Origin: Candidatus Methanomethylophilaceae archaeon
GTDB taxonomy: Bacteria; Cyanobacteriota; Vampirovibrionia; Gastranaerophilales; Gastranaerophilaceae
Assembly: GCA_963590665.1 (NCBI GenBank)
Contig: CAVAPR010000004.1
Coordinates: 10,492 to 74,491 of the forward strand
DNA: 64,000 nt
Reading direction: 5' to 3'
Below are positions 19,671 through 28,591 of the stretch, in pieces. How positions within the stretch are numbered: the first letter of the stretch is position 1; each line of letters begins with the position of its first letter. The notes below the pieces were generated by a model that saw nothing but the letters and a program-made list of their open reading frames with translations, did no database searches and was not told where the DNA came from. The position numbers and the translations under genes are program-made.

Positions 19671-21347
19671 TTACTCACCCTTGATAGTAATAATAAATTC
19701 TGTTCCAACACCAACTTCACTATTTACTTGGATTTTGCCGTGATGTTTGTCAATTATCTTTTGACTTATTGCAAGCCCCAAACCAGTGCCAACCCCTACA
19801 CCTTTTGTAGTATAGCCAACCGTAAAAATTTTATTCAAATTCTCTTTAGGTATGCCCTGACCGTTGTCCTGAATTTTTACAATCAAGTTTCCATCTTTAT
19901 AATCGGTCGTAATTACAATTTTACCCACCTCGGCAATTGCCTGACAAGCATTCACCAAAATATTTGTAAAAACTTGATTAAGCATATTTGGATAACATTT
20001 TATTGGTGGAATATCGCCATAATGTTTTTCAATTTCAATTCTATTTTTTGTTTCATGGCTAATTAAATCTAGAGTCAAATCAATTTCTTTATTAATATTA
20101 GCTTCTTGGAGTTCAGCTTCATCTAGTCTAACGAACTTTTTAAGAGAAACTACAATATTACTAATTCTAGCAATCGCTTCTTTATCAATAGAATTAATTT
20201 GACTAAACATTTCTTTCAAATCTTCTTGTTCAATCTGCGGTATGAGTTTAGAAATTATAGAATTATTTGACTTGATAGAAGCAACAGGAGTATTAATTTC
20301 GTGCGCAACTCCAGCTACTAATTGACCTAATGATGCCATTTTTTCAGAGTTTATCAATTGTAATTGAGTTTCTTTCAACTCATTCAATGCAGCCTTCAAA
20401 TCTTTAACGTTCTTTGCGTTCTTTTGATAAAGTTCCGCCCTAATAATTGCATTACCCAACTGAGATGAAACGGCATCAAGAATTTCGATTTCTTCGTTCA
20501 ATTCACGTTTTTGGTAGCTTAGTAAAACCAAAACTCCAATCATTTTATTCAAATGATATACAGGAACAATAATTCTCAAAACAGACTGTTTAAAAGGTTC
20601 AGCCCCAACATATTCTAATAGGGAATAACTAATAGAAATATTTCCAGAATTTAATTTTTTCATCACATGTTCATCAAATGAAATTTTTAAATCTTTTTCA
20701 TAGCGATTTTCGCCATAAACTTCTTTTATAGAAAATCCATCATCACAAGCAGAAGCATAATAAGCTCTAAAACAGCCAAACATTATCGCCAATTCTTTCA
20801 ATGCAGAATTTAAAATCATAGAAATATCCATTGATGCTCTTATAATATTTGATACTTTATTAATTAATGCAATTCTAAAAGCTTGAGATTGAGCCTTTTG
20901 ACGAATTTTCTGTAATTCATCGTTCTCTTCTTGTAATTTTTGAAGTTTATCTTTGTACAATTCGCTTTCTTTTTGGTTATCTTTAAGCAAAACATCTGAA
21001 CTCACATCAACCAAAAAGATAATTGTATAAAGTCCACGTTTCACAGCGGTCATATCATAATACGAAGTTCTACCCAATGCAGAAGTATATGAAACTCTAG
21101 CGAAAAAATTCTGTTTAGAAACTATTGCTTGAAAGATTGGAGAATACAAATCAACATTTTCACTATCCATAGGGCAGAAATCAAAATTCATCTTATGCGC
21201 AAATTTTCTTATATCTCCAAATTGAGTGAAAACACGACAAAAAGTGTTGTTTTTGAAAACAACCTCCTCATAATCCCTAATCACAATAACTGGATCTCTA
21301 TACTGATTAAAAAAGTCGAACTTTTTCATAACAAAATTATAGGTCAA
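19671..21347 (-). CDS. sensor histidine kinase with GAF-like domain and coiled coil
   Basis: H-box VAGVAHEINTPV. N, G1 and G2 boxes NILVNACQA, DNGQGIP, GVGVGTGLGLAIS. No response regulator gene is adjacent. Confidence 0.85.
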   Translation of the reverse strand: MTYNFVMKKFDFFNQYRDPVIVIRDYEEVVFKNNTFCRVFTQFGDIRKFAHKMNFDFCPMDSENVDLYSPIFQAIVSKQNFFARVSYTSALGRTSYYDMTAVKRGLYTIIFLVDVSSDVLLKDNQKESELYKDKLQKLQEENDELQKIRQKAQSQAFRIALINKVSNIIRASMDISMILNSALKELAIMFGCFRAYYASACDDGFSIKEVYGENRYEKDLKISFDEHVMKKLNSGNISISYSLLEYVGAEPFKQSVLRIIVPVYHLNKMIGVLVLLSYQKRELNEEIEILDAVSSQLGNAIIRAELYQKNAKNVKDLKAALNELKETQLQLINSEKMASLGQLVAGVAHEINTPVASIKSNNSIISKLIPQIEQEDLKEMFSQINSIDKEAIARISNIVVSLKKFVRLDEAELQEANINKEIDLTLDLISHETKNRIEIEKHYGDIPPIKCYPNMLNQVFTNILVNACQAIAEVGKIVITTDYKDGNLIVKIQDNGQGIPKENLNKIFTVGYTTKGVGVGTGLGLAISQKIIDKHHGKIQVNSEVGVGTEFIITIKGE

Positions 21348-21519
21348 GCTCCAGATTTAAGCAATTTGTTACAAGAAAGAATAGACTTTTCACCCAAATT
21401 TCAAAAAAATTTTTACTAAATTGCTTGTATAGTTTTAAAATTTATAGTAGAATGATTACAATAAATGGTTTTAGCGTATTCTGTACACTTTATATTTGGT
21501 AGTAGAAAGGGAGTAAATT

Positions 21520-23169
21520 ATGACTACAAAAGAATTTTTTACCAATTCAGAAGAATTGAAACAAATGATGTCTGCAGCACGTGCGACTATTACAGCTCCA
21601 TTCTTTGGCAACAATGTTGAAGAAATCAAAACTGTATCAGAAGCATACAAATTAGCAAGAACATCTCCAGGAACAGTTGAATTGACTGGAATGCCTGTAT
21701 ATAAACCAGAAAAATTAGGTTTGCCACAAGGTGCTAACCAATTGTTATTCAACGATGGTGCTGTTGTTGGACGTTGCGCCGCAGCTAGAAAAATCGTTGG
21801 CGAACCAAATTGTGATTTAAAATACTTATTACCAATCATCCGTGAAGCTATCTACAAAACACGTGATAAATTGATGTATAAAACAGAAGTTGTTGTAGGT
21901 TTGGATAAAGATTACATGGTAAAAGCTCACTTGTTAATTCCAGAAGGCTTTGAAAATATTATGTACTCTTGGATGTTAAACTTCCAATACATCAACGAAG
22001 CTTACGCAAATATGTATGCAGATTCTAAACCATACGCAGAAGGAGATATTTTCGTATTTTCTGACCCAGATTGGTCACACCCAGATTTCCCATACGGTTT
22101 GACATTCTTCGATCCAGAACATAACTGCGCATGCATTTTGGGTATGAAATACTTTGGAGAACACAAAAAAGGTACATTAACTCTTGCTTGGGGTTGTGCG
22201 GCTCGTAACGGTTTTGCTTCTTGCCACGGTGGTATGAAACGTTACAATCTTGCAGATGGAAAATCTTTCCAAGTTGCAGTATTTGGTCTATCTGGTTCAG
22301 GTAAATCAACAATTACTCACGCAAAACACAACAACAAATACAATATTACAGTACTTCACGATGACGCATTTGTTATCAATATGAAAGACAAATACACAAT
22401 TGCTCTTGAACCAGCATACTTTGATAAAACAGCAGATTACCCAATCGGCTGCGAAGATAACAAATTTATCTTAACTCAACAAAATGCTGGCGCAATCGCT
22501 CTTGCTGATGGAAAAGTTGTTTCTGTAACAGAAGATATTAGAAACGGTAACGGTCGTGCTGTTAAATCAAGATTATGGTCTCCAAACAGAGTTGATAGAA
22601 TTAACGAACCAATCAACGCTATTTTCTGGTTGATGAAAGACCCTACAATTCCACCTGTATTGAAATTGTCAGGAGCTTCATTAGGTTCTGCAATGGGTGC
22701 AACTCTTGCAACAAAACGTTCTTCAGCAGAAAGACTTGCAGCTGGTGTTGACCCTAACGCATTAGTTGTTGAACCTTATGCTAACCCATTCAGAGTTTAC
22801 CCACTTGCAATGGATTACGAAAGATTCAAAGAATTGATTGCAGAAGGTGTTGATTGTTATATCTTGAATACTGGTGAATTTATGGGTACTAAAGTTCAAC
22901 CAAAACACACTTTAGGCATCATTGAATCAATCGTTGAAGGTACAGCTAACTTCCACAAATGGGAAAAATTCTCTGACATCGAAATTATGGATGTTGAAGG
23001 ATTTGATGCTTCATTTGCTAACAAAGAATACGCAGAACAATTTATCGCTCGCATGAACGATAGAATCAACTTCGTAAAATCAAGAGATACAGAAAAAGCA
23101 GGTTTAGACAAACTTCCTGCTGATGCTCTTGAAGCTCTAGAAGCTGTAATCAAAGAAGCACAAGCTTAA
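21520..23169 (+). CDS. pckA: phosphoenolpyruvate carboxykinase (ATP), divergent
   Basis: Kinase-1a loop VFGLSGSGKST. Colinear with the PckA layout (LHDDAF..., ...YILNTGEF...) but several signatures diverge. Confidence 0.75.
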   Translation: MTTKEFFTNSEELKQMMSAARATITAPFFGNNVEEIKTVSEAYKLARTSPGTVELTGMPVYKPEKLGLPQGANQLLFNDGAVVGRCAAARKIVGEPNCDLKYLLPIIREAIYKTRDKLMYKTEVVVGLDKDYMVKAHLLIPEGFENIMYSWMLNFQYINEAYANMYADSKPYAEGDIFVFSDPDWSHPDFPYGLTFFDPEHNCACILGMKYFGEHKKGTLTLAWGCAARNGFASCHGGMKRYNLADGKSFQVAVFGLSGSGKSTITHAKHNNKYNITVLHDDAFVINMKDKYTIALEPAYFDKTADYPIGCEDNKFILTQQNAGAIALADGKVVSVTEDIRNGNGRAVKSRLWSPNRVDRINEPINAIFWLMKDPTIPPVLKLSGASLGSAMGATLATKRSSAERLAAGVDPNALVVEPYANPFRVYPLAMDYERFKELIAEGVDCYILNTGEFMGTKVQPKHTLGIIESIVEGTANFHKWEKFSDIEIMDVEGFDASFANKEYAEQFIARMNDRINFVKSRDTEKAGLDKLPADALEALEAVIKEAQA

Positions 23170-23200
23170 TATTTGGACTACCTCCAAATTAACTACTACA

Positions 23201-23231
23201 AACAAGGATGGACAAATTGTTCATCCTTGTT
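23201..23231 (+). terminator. terminator after pckA
   Basis: 10-bp stem AACAAGGATG/CATCCTTGTT with an 11-nt loop, followed by a T-rich tract. Confidence 0.6.
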
Positions 23232-23329
23232 TCCTATTTATAAAAGAAATCGCCCACTTGAAAACAGGGGTAAAAAGTTGTATAATTGATTTATAAGTTT
23301 ACAGCTAGAAACAGGATATTTATAAGAGT

Positions 23330-23989
23330 ATGAGAAAAGGTCTTACTATTAGTGAATTGCTTGTCGCAATGGCGATTATTGGAGTTATTGCAGTACTTGT
23401 TATTCCAGGATTTTTGAAAGATTATCATAAAAAGTTATATACAACACAGCTTAAAAAAACGTACGGAATGATATACAGCGCAATTGAACAAGCTTGTGGC
23501 GATTATAATGTAACTGCTTTTAGCCAAACACCTTATTATACAGCAAATGCAAGCACTGAAAAACAAGGCGAATTTTTGAATAAATATTTTAAAGTCGTTA
23601 AGCCAGCAAATGATTCAATAACAGGAAAATTCAATGCAAAATATAGATCCCTTACTGACACTGATACAGAAAAAGATATTTCCATTGAAAGTTCTGCAGC
23701 AAAAGCTACATTAAAAAGTGGGGAATCTATTGGATTATATTGTTTTTCAACTGATGTTGCACCAAAACATAGATGTCATGTAACACTCGATATTAACGCA
23801 ACCGATGGACCAAATATTGGTGGACGTGACATGTTTAGATTTACTATTGATACAGATACAAATGAACTGTATGGTGCAACAGGTTGGACACAATGTCAAC
23901 CAGATAATGATAAAAATCCAACTGGTGATCAAGGCGGGCATGGTTGCTTGGCACGTATTATGAAAGACAATTGGGTAATGGAATACTAA
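23330..23989 (+). CDS. prepilin-type N-terminal cleavage/methylation domain protein (type IV pilin-like)
   Basis: MRKG|LTISELLVAMAIIGVIAVLVIPG, with Leu at +1. Paralog motif LDINATDGPNIGGRDMFRFTI. C-terminal DNWVMEY. Confidence 0.85.
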   Translation: MRKGLTISELLVAMAIIGVIAVLVIPGFLKDYHKKLYTTQLKKTYGMIYSAIEQACGDYNVTAFSQTPYYTANASTEKQGEFLNKYFKVVKPANDSITGKFNAKYRSLTDTDTEKDISIESSAAKATLKSGESIGLYCFSTDVAPKHRCHVTLDINATDGPNIGGRDMFRFTIDTDTNELYGATGWTQCQPDNDKNPTGDQGGHGCLARIMKDNWVMEY

Positions 23990-24005
23990 TTTGAAAGGAT
24001 ATATA

Positions 24006-24707
24006 ATGAAAAAAGGTTTTACACTATCAGAAGTTTTAATTACATTAGGAATTGTTGGAGTTGTTGCAGTTTTGACAGTCCCTGGAGTTATGAAAAACTA
24101 TAAAAATAGATTATATACAGCGCAACTTCAAAAAGCTTATGCCCAAATTGCCGACAGCGTTCAAGCAATGATGAATGACCAACATGTAGATAATTTATAT
24201 GAATCAACAATTGCCAACCCAAATTCTTGTACTAATGCCAATAATGGGATTTGCGAAAAAGGTGTTGGGGTATTTTTGAACAACTATTTCAAGGTTTCAA
24301 AAAGAAATTGTAAATCTGACGATAAAACAAAAAGATGTATTGCTGGTACAGGGCAAGGAAGTTACACAACAATCAATTCCAATGCAGCTAGTGCAATTGA
24401 TACGGAATATTGTATTCAAAATACAAATGGCGCAGCAATTTGCGGACAATGGGATGCAACAAATAAAATGGTACACTTGCTAGTTGATGTAAATGGAACA
24501 GCTTCACCAAACATGGTTGGAAGAGATTTGTTTGCAATTGATATTAAATCAGATGGTTCATTAAGTGATTATGGTTCAAATAGCCCAGATCCAACGGTTA
24601 CAGCCAATAAAACCACATGTGATGATTCTTCTTCTGGGTCACTTAACTCTTTAGCATCAGGCTGTTTAAATACAATCATCAACGCTGGTTGGAAAATGGA
24701 ATATTAA
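24006..24707 (+). CDS. prepilin-type N-terminal cleavage/methylation domain protein (type IV pilin-like)
   Basis: MKKG|FTLSEVLITLGIVGVVAVLTVPG. Start set at ATG 24006 after AAGGA. VDVNGTASPNMVGRDLFAIDI. C-terminal AGWKMEY. Confidence 0.88.
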   Translation: MKKGFTLSEVLITLGIVGVVAVLTVPGVMKNYKNRLYTAQLQKAYAQIADSVQAMMNDQHVDNLYESTIANPNSCTNANNGICEKGVGVFLNNYFKVSKRNCKSDDKTKRCIAGTGQGSYTTINSNAASAIDTEYCIQNTNGAAICGQWDATNKMVHLLVDVNGTASPNMVGRDLFAIDIKSDGSLSDYGSNSPDPTVTANKTTCDDSSSGSLNSLASGCLNTIINAGWKMEY

Positions 24708-24719
24708 TACAATTTCATT

Positions 24720-25368
24720 TGGTAGCTGCAGGTAAGTCCCATCTTGCTATGTTCTTACTAGGAATTTCAACTAATGCGTATGGATAGAAATTCCGAAACG
24801 GTCTTGAATTATTGGCGTACTCAATAGGGGTTCGGGGGCAAAGCCCCTGATAACTCGAGCCATTTTATCATTCGTGTTTTTCTTTTTCGATTCTACTTTT
24901 TCTTTTTTCATCGAAATAAAAAAGAAAAAGTGAATATTAGAACAATCAACCCCTCTCCATGGAATATAGAACTACGTCACCTTGAACTTGTTTCAGGGTC
25001 TCTAGCTGGTGCGTTCGGGTAGAGATTCCGAAACTAGTTCGGAATGACAGTACGAGTTTGTGTCATACTGAGCGGAGCGAAGTATCTCTATCTAAACTTG
25101 TTAGGTTTACCCCTCACCTCAATCCTCTCCCCAAGGAGAGGAAGATTTTTTATAGATTCTTTGCATTCGCTCAGAATGACTGAATTTGCTATAGCTAAGC
25201 CCCTTATTCTGTTAAAAACATAAAGAACTCAGTGCCTTAGTGCCTTAAAGCCTTTTGTAACGAACTTATAGACTTATCCACTTATAGACTTTTATTCAAT
25301 CAACCCCTCACCCTATCCCTCTCCCTCGGAGAGGGAAAATGTTATGTAACCAACTTATAGACTTTTGA
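24720..25368. repeat. mosaic palindromic repeat block 3
   Basis: Contains F module copy 3, GTCACCTTGAACTTGTTTCAGGGTCTCT and GTCATACTGAGCGGAGCGAAGTATCTC modules, the ACATAAAGAACTCAGTGCCTTAG...GTAACGAACTTATAGACTTATCCACTTATAGAC right-edge module, and CCCTCTCC hairpins. Confidence 0.9.
24826..24935 (+). repeat. F module copy 3
   Basis: Near-identical to 5427-5536. Confidence 0.9.
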
Positions 25369-25421
25369 ATATTTTTCATGCTAAAATCAAGGCATAGTAA
25401 TATTTACAAAGGGATATATAG

Positions 25422-26798
25422 ATGTTTGACAGCTTAAGTGAAAAATTACAAAATATAATTGCAAAAACACATTCTCAAGAGTTAACTCAAGACAATATGC
25501 AAGATGCGTTGCGTGAAATTAGACGTGCATTACTAGAAGCAGACGTCAATCTTAGAGTTGTGAAATCTTTTATTTCTTCAATAAAAGACAAAGCTGAAGG
25601 TGAAAATGTTTTACAAGGGGTAAATCCATCTCAACAACTTGTAAAAATTGTTCATGATGAATTAGTTGAAATATTAGGACACGAATCAAAACCACTTGAT
25701 TTGTCTGGGCACCCAAGTTTAATTATGATGCTTGGTTTGCAAGGTTCTGGTAAAACTACATCATCAGCTAAACTTGCTGTTAAATTAAAAAAAGAAGGTA
25801 AAAACCCATTATTAGTAGCTTGTGACGTTTATAGACCTGCCGCAATTTCACAACTCCAAACACTGGGACAAGAAATAGGCTGTGAAGTATTTACAATCCC
25901 TGATTCACAAGATGTTCAAAACATTGTACAAAAAGCTATTGAGTACTCAAAAGAAAAAGGTTTTAATGTCCTAATCCTTGATACTGCAGGGCGTTTACAA
26001 ATTGATACTGACATGATGGCAGAATTGTTGATTATTGATAGGGTTTTCAATCCTCAAGAAAAACTTCTTGTCATTGATGCTATGACAGGTCAAGAAGCAG
26101 TTCACGTTGCAGAAAATTTTGATGCTCAAATTGGATTGACAGGTTTAGTTTTAACAAAATTGGATGGTGATTCTCGAGGAGGTTCAGCACTTTCTGTAGT
26201 TCATTGCACAGGAAAGCCTATCAAATTAACAGGTACAGGCGAAAAATTGAACGCTTTGGAAGATTTTTATCCAGAACGTATGGCAACAAGAATCCTCGGA
26301 ATGGGCGATATTGTTTCACTTGTAGAACGTGCTCAAGAAGTCTTTGATGAAAAAGAAGCCCTAAAAATGCAAGAAAAAATGAGTAAGGCTGAATTTTCTT
26401 TCAACGACTTTTTAAATATGCAAAAACAAATGAAAATGTTTGGTTCAATGGATCAAATATTAGGAATGCTTCCAGGGGTTAATTTGAAACAATCTGATAG
26501 AGAAAAAATTTCTCACGCAAGCGAAACAGAATTTAAAAAGATTGAAGTATTTATTCAAAGTATGACACCAGAAGAACGTGACAATCCTCAACTAATGAAT
26601 ACAAGTAGAAAAAAACGTATCGCAAAAGGTTGCGGAATGGATATGCATACAATTAACCAATACGTAAAACAGTTTGAACAAATGCGCCAAATGATGGGTG
26701 GAATGAACAAAATGAAAAAAATGTTTGGCGGCTTTGGTAAAAAGAACGAGAAAAAAGCAATGGTTCAAGCTATGAAAATGATGAGAAAATTCAAATAA
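25422..26798 (+). CDS. ffh: signal recognition particle protein Ffh
   Basis: GTPase motifs GLQGSGKTT, DTAGR, TKLDGD, and a Met-rich M domain at the C-terminus. Confidence 0.97.
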   Translation: MFDSLSEKLQNIIAKTHSQELTQDNMQDALREIRRALLEADVNLRVVKSFISSIKDKAEGENVLQGVNPSQQLVKIVHDELVEILGHESKPLDLSGHPSLIMMLGLQGSGKTTSSAKLAVKLKKEGKNPLLVACDVYRPAAISQLQTLGQEIGCEVFTIPDSQDVQNIVQKAIEYSKEKGFNVLILDTAGRLQIDTDMMAELLIIDRVFNPQEKLLVIDAMTGQEAVHVAENFDAQIGLTGLVLTKLDGDSRGGSALSVVHCTGKPIKLTGTGEKLNALEDFYPERMATRILGMGDIVSLVERAQEVFDEKEALKMQEKMSKAEFSFNDFLNMQKQMKMFGSMDQILGMLPGVNLKQSDREKISHASETEFKKIEVFIQSMTPEERDNPQLMNTSRKKRIAKGCGMDMHTINQYVKQFEQMRQMMGGMNKMKKMFGGFGKKNEKKAMVQAMKMMRKFK

Positions 26799-26824
26799 GA
26801 AATATATTTTGAGATTATATAAAA

Positions 26825-26853
26825 AGCGGTGATTAGAAAATCTAATCACCGCT
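26825..26853. terminator. terminator hairpin between convergent ffh and the ferredoxin gene
   Basis: 12-bp perfect stem AGCGGTGATTAG/CTAATCACCGCT. The T-run is on the minus-strand side. Confidence 0.7.
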
Positions 26854-26879
26854 TCTAGTATTTTAATCTATCGCTTTAA

Positions 26880-27056
26880 TTATTCAACTTCGATAGCAGC
26901 AACTGGGCATGAATCAGCAGCTTCTTTAACTGCATCCATGTTATCAGCTACAGCAGCTTCGTTAACAACTGCTTTATCATCAATTGAGAATACAGCATCA
27001 CAAATTGATTCACAAGCGCCGCAAGCGATACAACTATCATTAACTTTAACTGTCAT
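26880..27056 (-). CDS. small 4Fe-4S ferredoxin (58 aa, below the ORF-track size cutoff)
   Basis: My translation is MTVKVNDSCIACGACESICDAVFSIDDKAVVNEAAVADNMDAVKEAADSCPVAAIEVE. CxxCxxCxxxC...CP pattern. AAGGAG 8 nt upstream of ATG 27056. Terminator downstream. Confidence 0.8.
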   Translation of the reverse strand: MTVKVNDSCIACGACESICDAVFSIDDKAVVNEAAVADNMDAVKEAADSCPVAAIEVE

Positions 27057-27145
27057 TTTGTTTTCTCCTTATTATTTACAACCCGTAGGCATTAAAACCT
27101 ACAACAAAATTATATAACAAACAATTTAAAAATTCTACAACAAAA

Positions 27146-28333
27146 TTAAATCCAATCACGAATAAAACTTGCAATAGAATCAAATCCTTCAATTTCACCC
27201 AAGTTTCCTTGTGATGGAAGAGATTTTGAATACATCAAGAATGGAACTTTTTCTCTTGTGTGGTCAGTTCCAGCAACAGTCGGATCGCAACCATGGTCAG
27301 CTGTAATTATAAGTAAATCGTATTCTTCCATTGCATCAATAATTGGTTTTAAGTATGTATCAATTTCTTCAATTGCCTTTCCATAACCTTTTGCATCGTT
27401 TCTATGTCCGTATAACATATCTGTATCAACAAGGTTTGTGAAAATTATTTCTTGGTTATTATATTTTTTTCCTTTAACATAAGCAATATCTTCTAGAGGA
27501 AGCTCATGCTTAACAGCTTTTAGAGTCAATTCTAAACCTTCTTTATTAGAACCCGTGTGAATAGCATGGGTGATACCAGATTTTGAGAAAATATCTTCAA
27601 TCTTACCAATACCAATAACTTTACCACCGTTATCTTTAACTTCGTTTAACAAAGTTGGAGCAATTGGTTCAATTGAATAATCTCTTCTATCTTTTGAAAT
27701 TCTTGTGGGCTTGCCATCAATAATTTTATATGGTCTTGCAATTACTCTTGACACATAATAATTATCTTCTGTCAAAATTCGTCTTGCAATTCTGCACCAT
27801 TCATACAATGTTTCTAAAGGAATTAAATCAGTATCAACTGCAATTTGGAAAACACTGTCAGCAGAAGTGTAAACAATTGGGAATTTTGTAGCATGATGTT
27901 CATCATTAAGTTCTGCAATAATAGCAGTACCACTTGCGGGATGATTTGCCAAAACTCCACCACATTTTGTTTCTTTTATAAATTTATCAATAAATTCTTG
28001 CGGAAAACCATTTGGAAAAGTTGCAAATGCTCTATCCAAAGTAATACCTGCAATTTCCCAATGACCTGTTGTTGTATCTTTTCCTTTAGATTTTTCAACA
28101 AGGGTTGCATAAGTTGCAGTTGGATTTTCAACTTTTTTAATACCCATAAAGTCTTGTAAATTACCAAGTCCCATTTTTTCTAAATTTGGCACATACAAAC
28201 CATGATTAAATTCGCAAACATGTTTTAATGTATTGCAATCTGGAGTATCTCCAAAGTCTTTACAATCTGGCATTGCACCAATTCCCATAGAATCAATAAC
28301 CATTATGATAGCTCTAACACTAATATCTGACAT
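27146..28333 (-). CDS. deoB: phosphopentomutase
   Basis: Start at ATG 28333 (MSDISVRAIIMVIDSMGIGAMPD). Metal-binding TADHGCDPT near the C-terminus. ORF track extends to 28414. Confidence 0.9.
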   Translation of the reverse strand: MSDISVRAIIMVIDSMGIGAMPDCKDFGDTPDCNTLKHVCEFNHGLYVPNLEKMGLGNLQDFMGIKKVENPTATYATLVEKSKGKDTTTGHWEIAGITLDRAFATFPNGFPQEFIDKFIKETKCGGVLANHPASGTAIIAELNDEHHATKFPIVYTSADSVFQIAVDTDLIPLETLYEWCRIARRILTEDNYYVSRVIARPYKIIDGKPTRISKDRRDYSIEPIAPTLLNEVKDNGGKVIGIGKIEDIFSKSGITHAIHTGSNKEGLELTLKAVKHELPLEDIAYVKGKKYNNQEIIFTNLVDTDMLYGHRNDAKGYGKAIEEIDTYLKPIIDAMEEYDLLIITADHGCDPTVAGTDHTREKVPFLMYSKSLPSQGNLGEIEGFDSIASFIRDWI

Positions 28334-28591
28334 AATAATCTCCTTTTTCTTGTATTCTAGCATAAAATGCCCAAAATCAAATACTTTAAAATTCCTATAA
28401 AAAGAGGATACCAAACCACGAAAATTATTTTATCATTATAAAACGGTTAGGATTAAATAATGAAAAAGTTACTAATAATACTTGGAATTTTGGTTTGCAT
28501 AAATTTGCTGATAATGACAATCAGCAAAGTATTCGCTGCAACTTTGATGTAAGTTAGACTCCAATTTATTTTTATTTTTTAGGATTAGTAA

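Noticed and set aside
28459-28557. 32-aa ORF MKKLLIILGILVCIKFADNDNQQSIRCNFDVS with a lipoprotein-like start
   Set aside because: There is no convincing RBS, it is very short, and it lies in the deoB promoter region. It cannot be supported from sequence alone.
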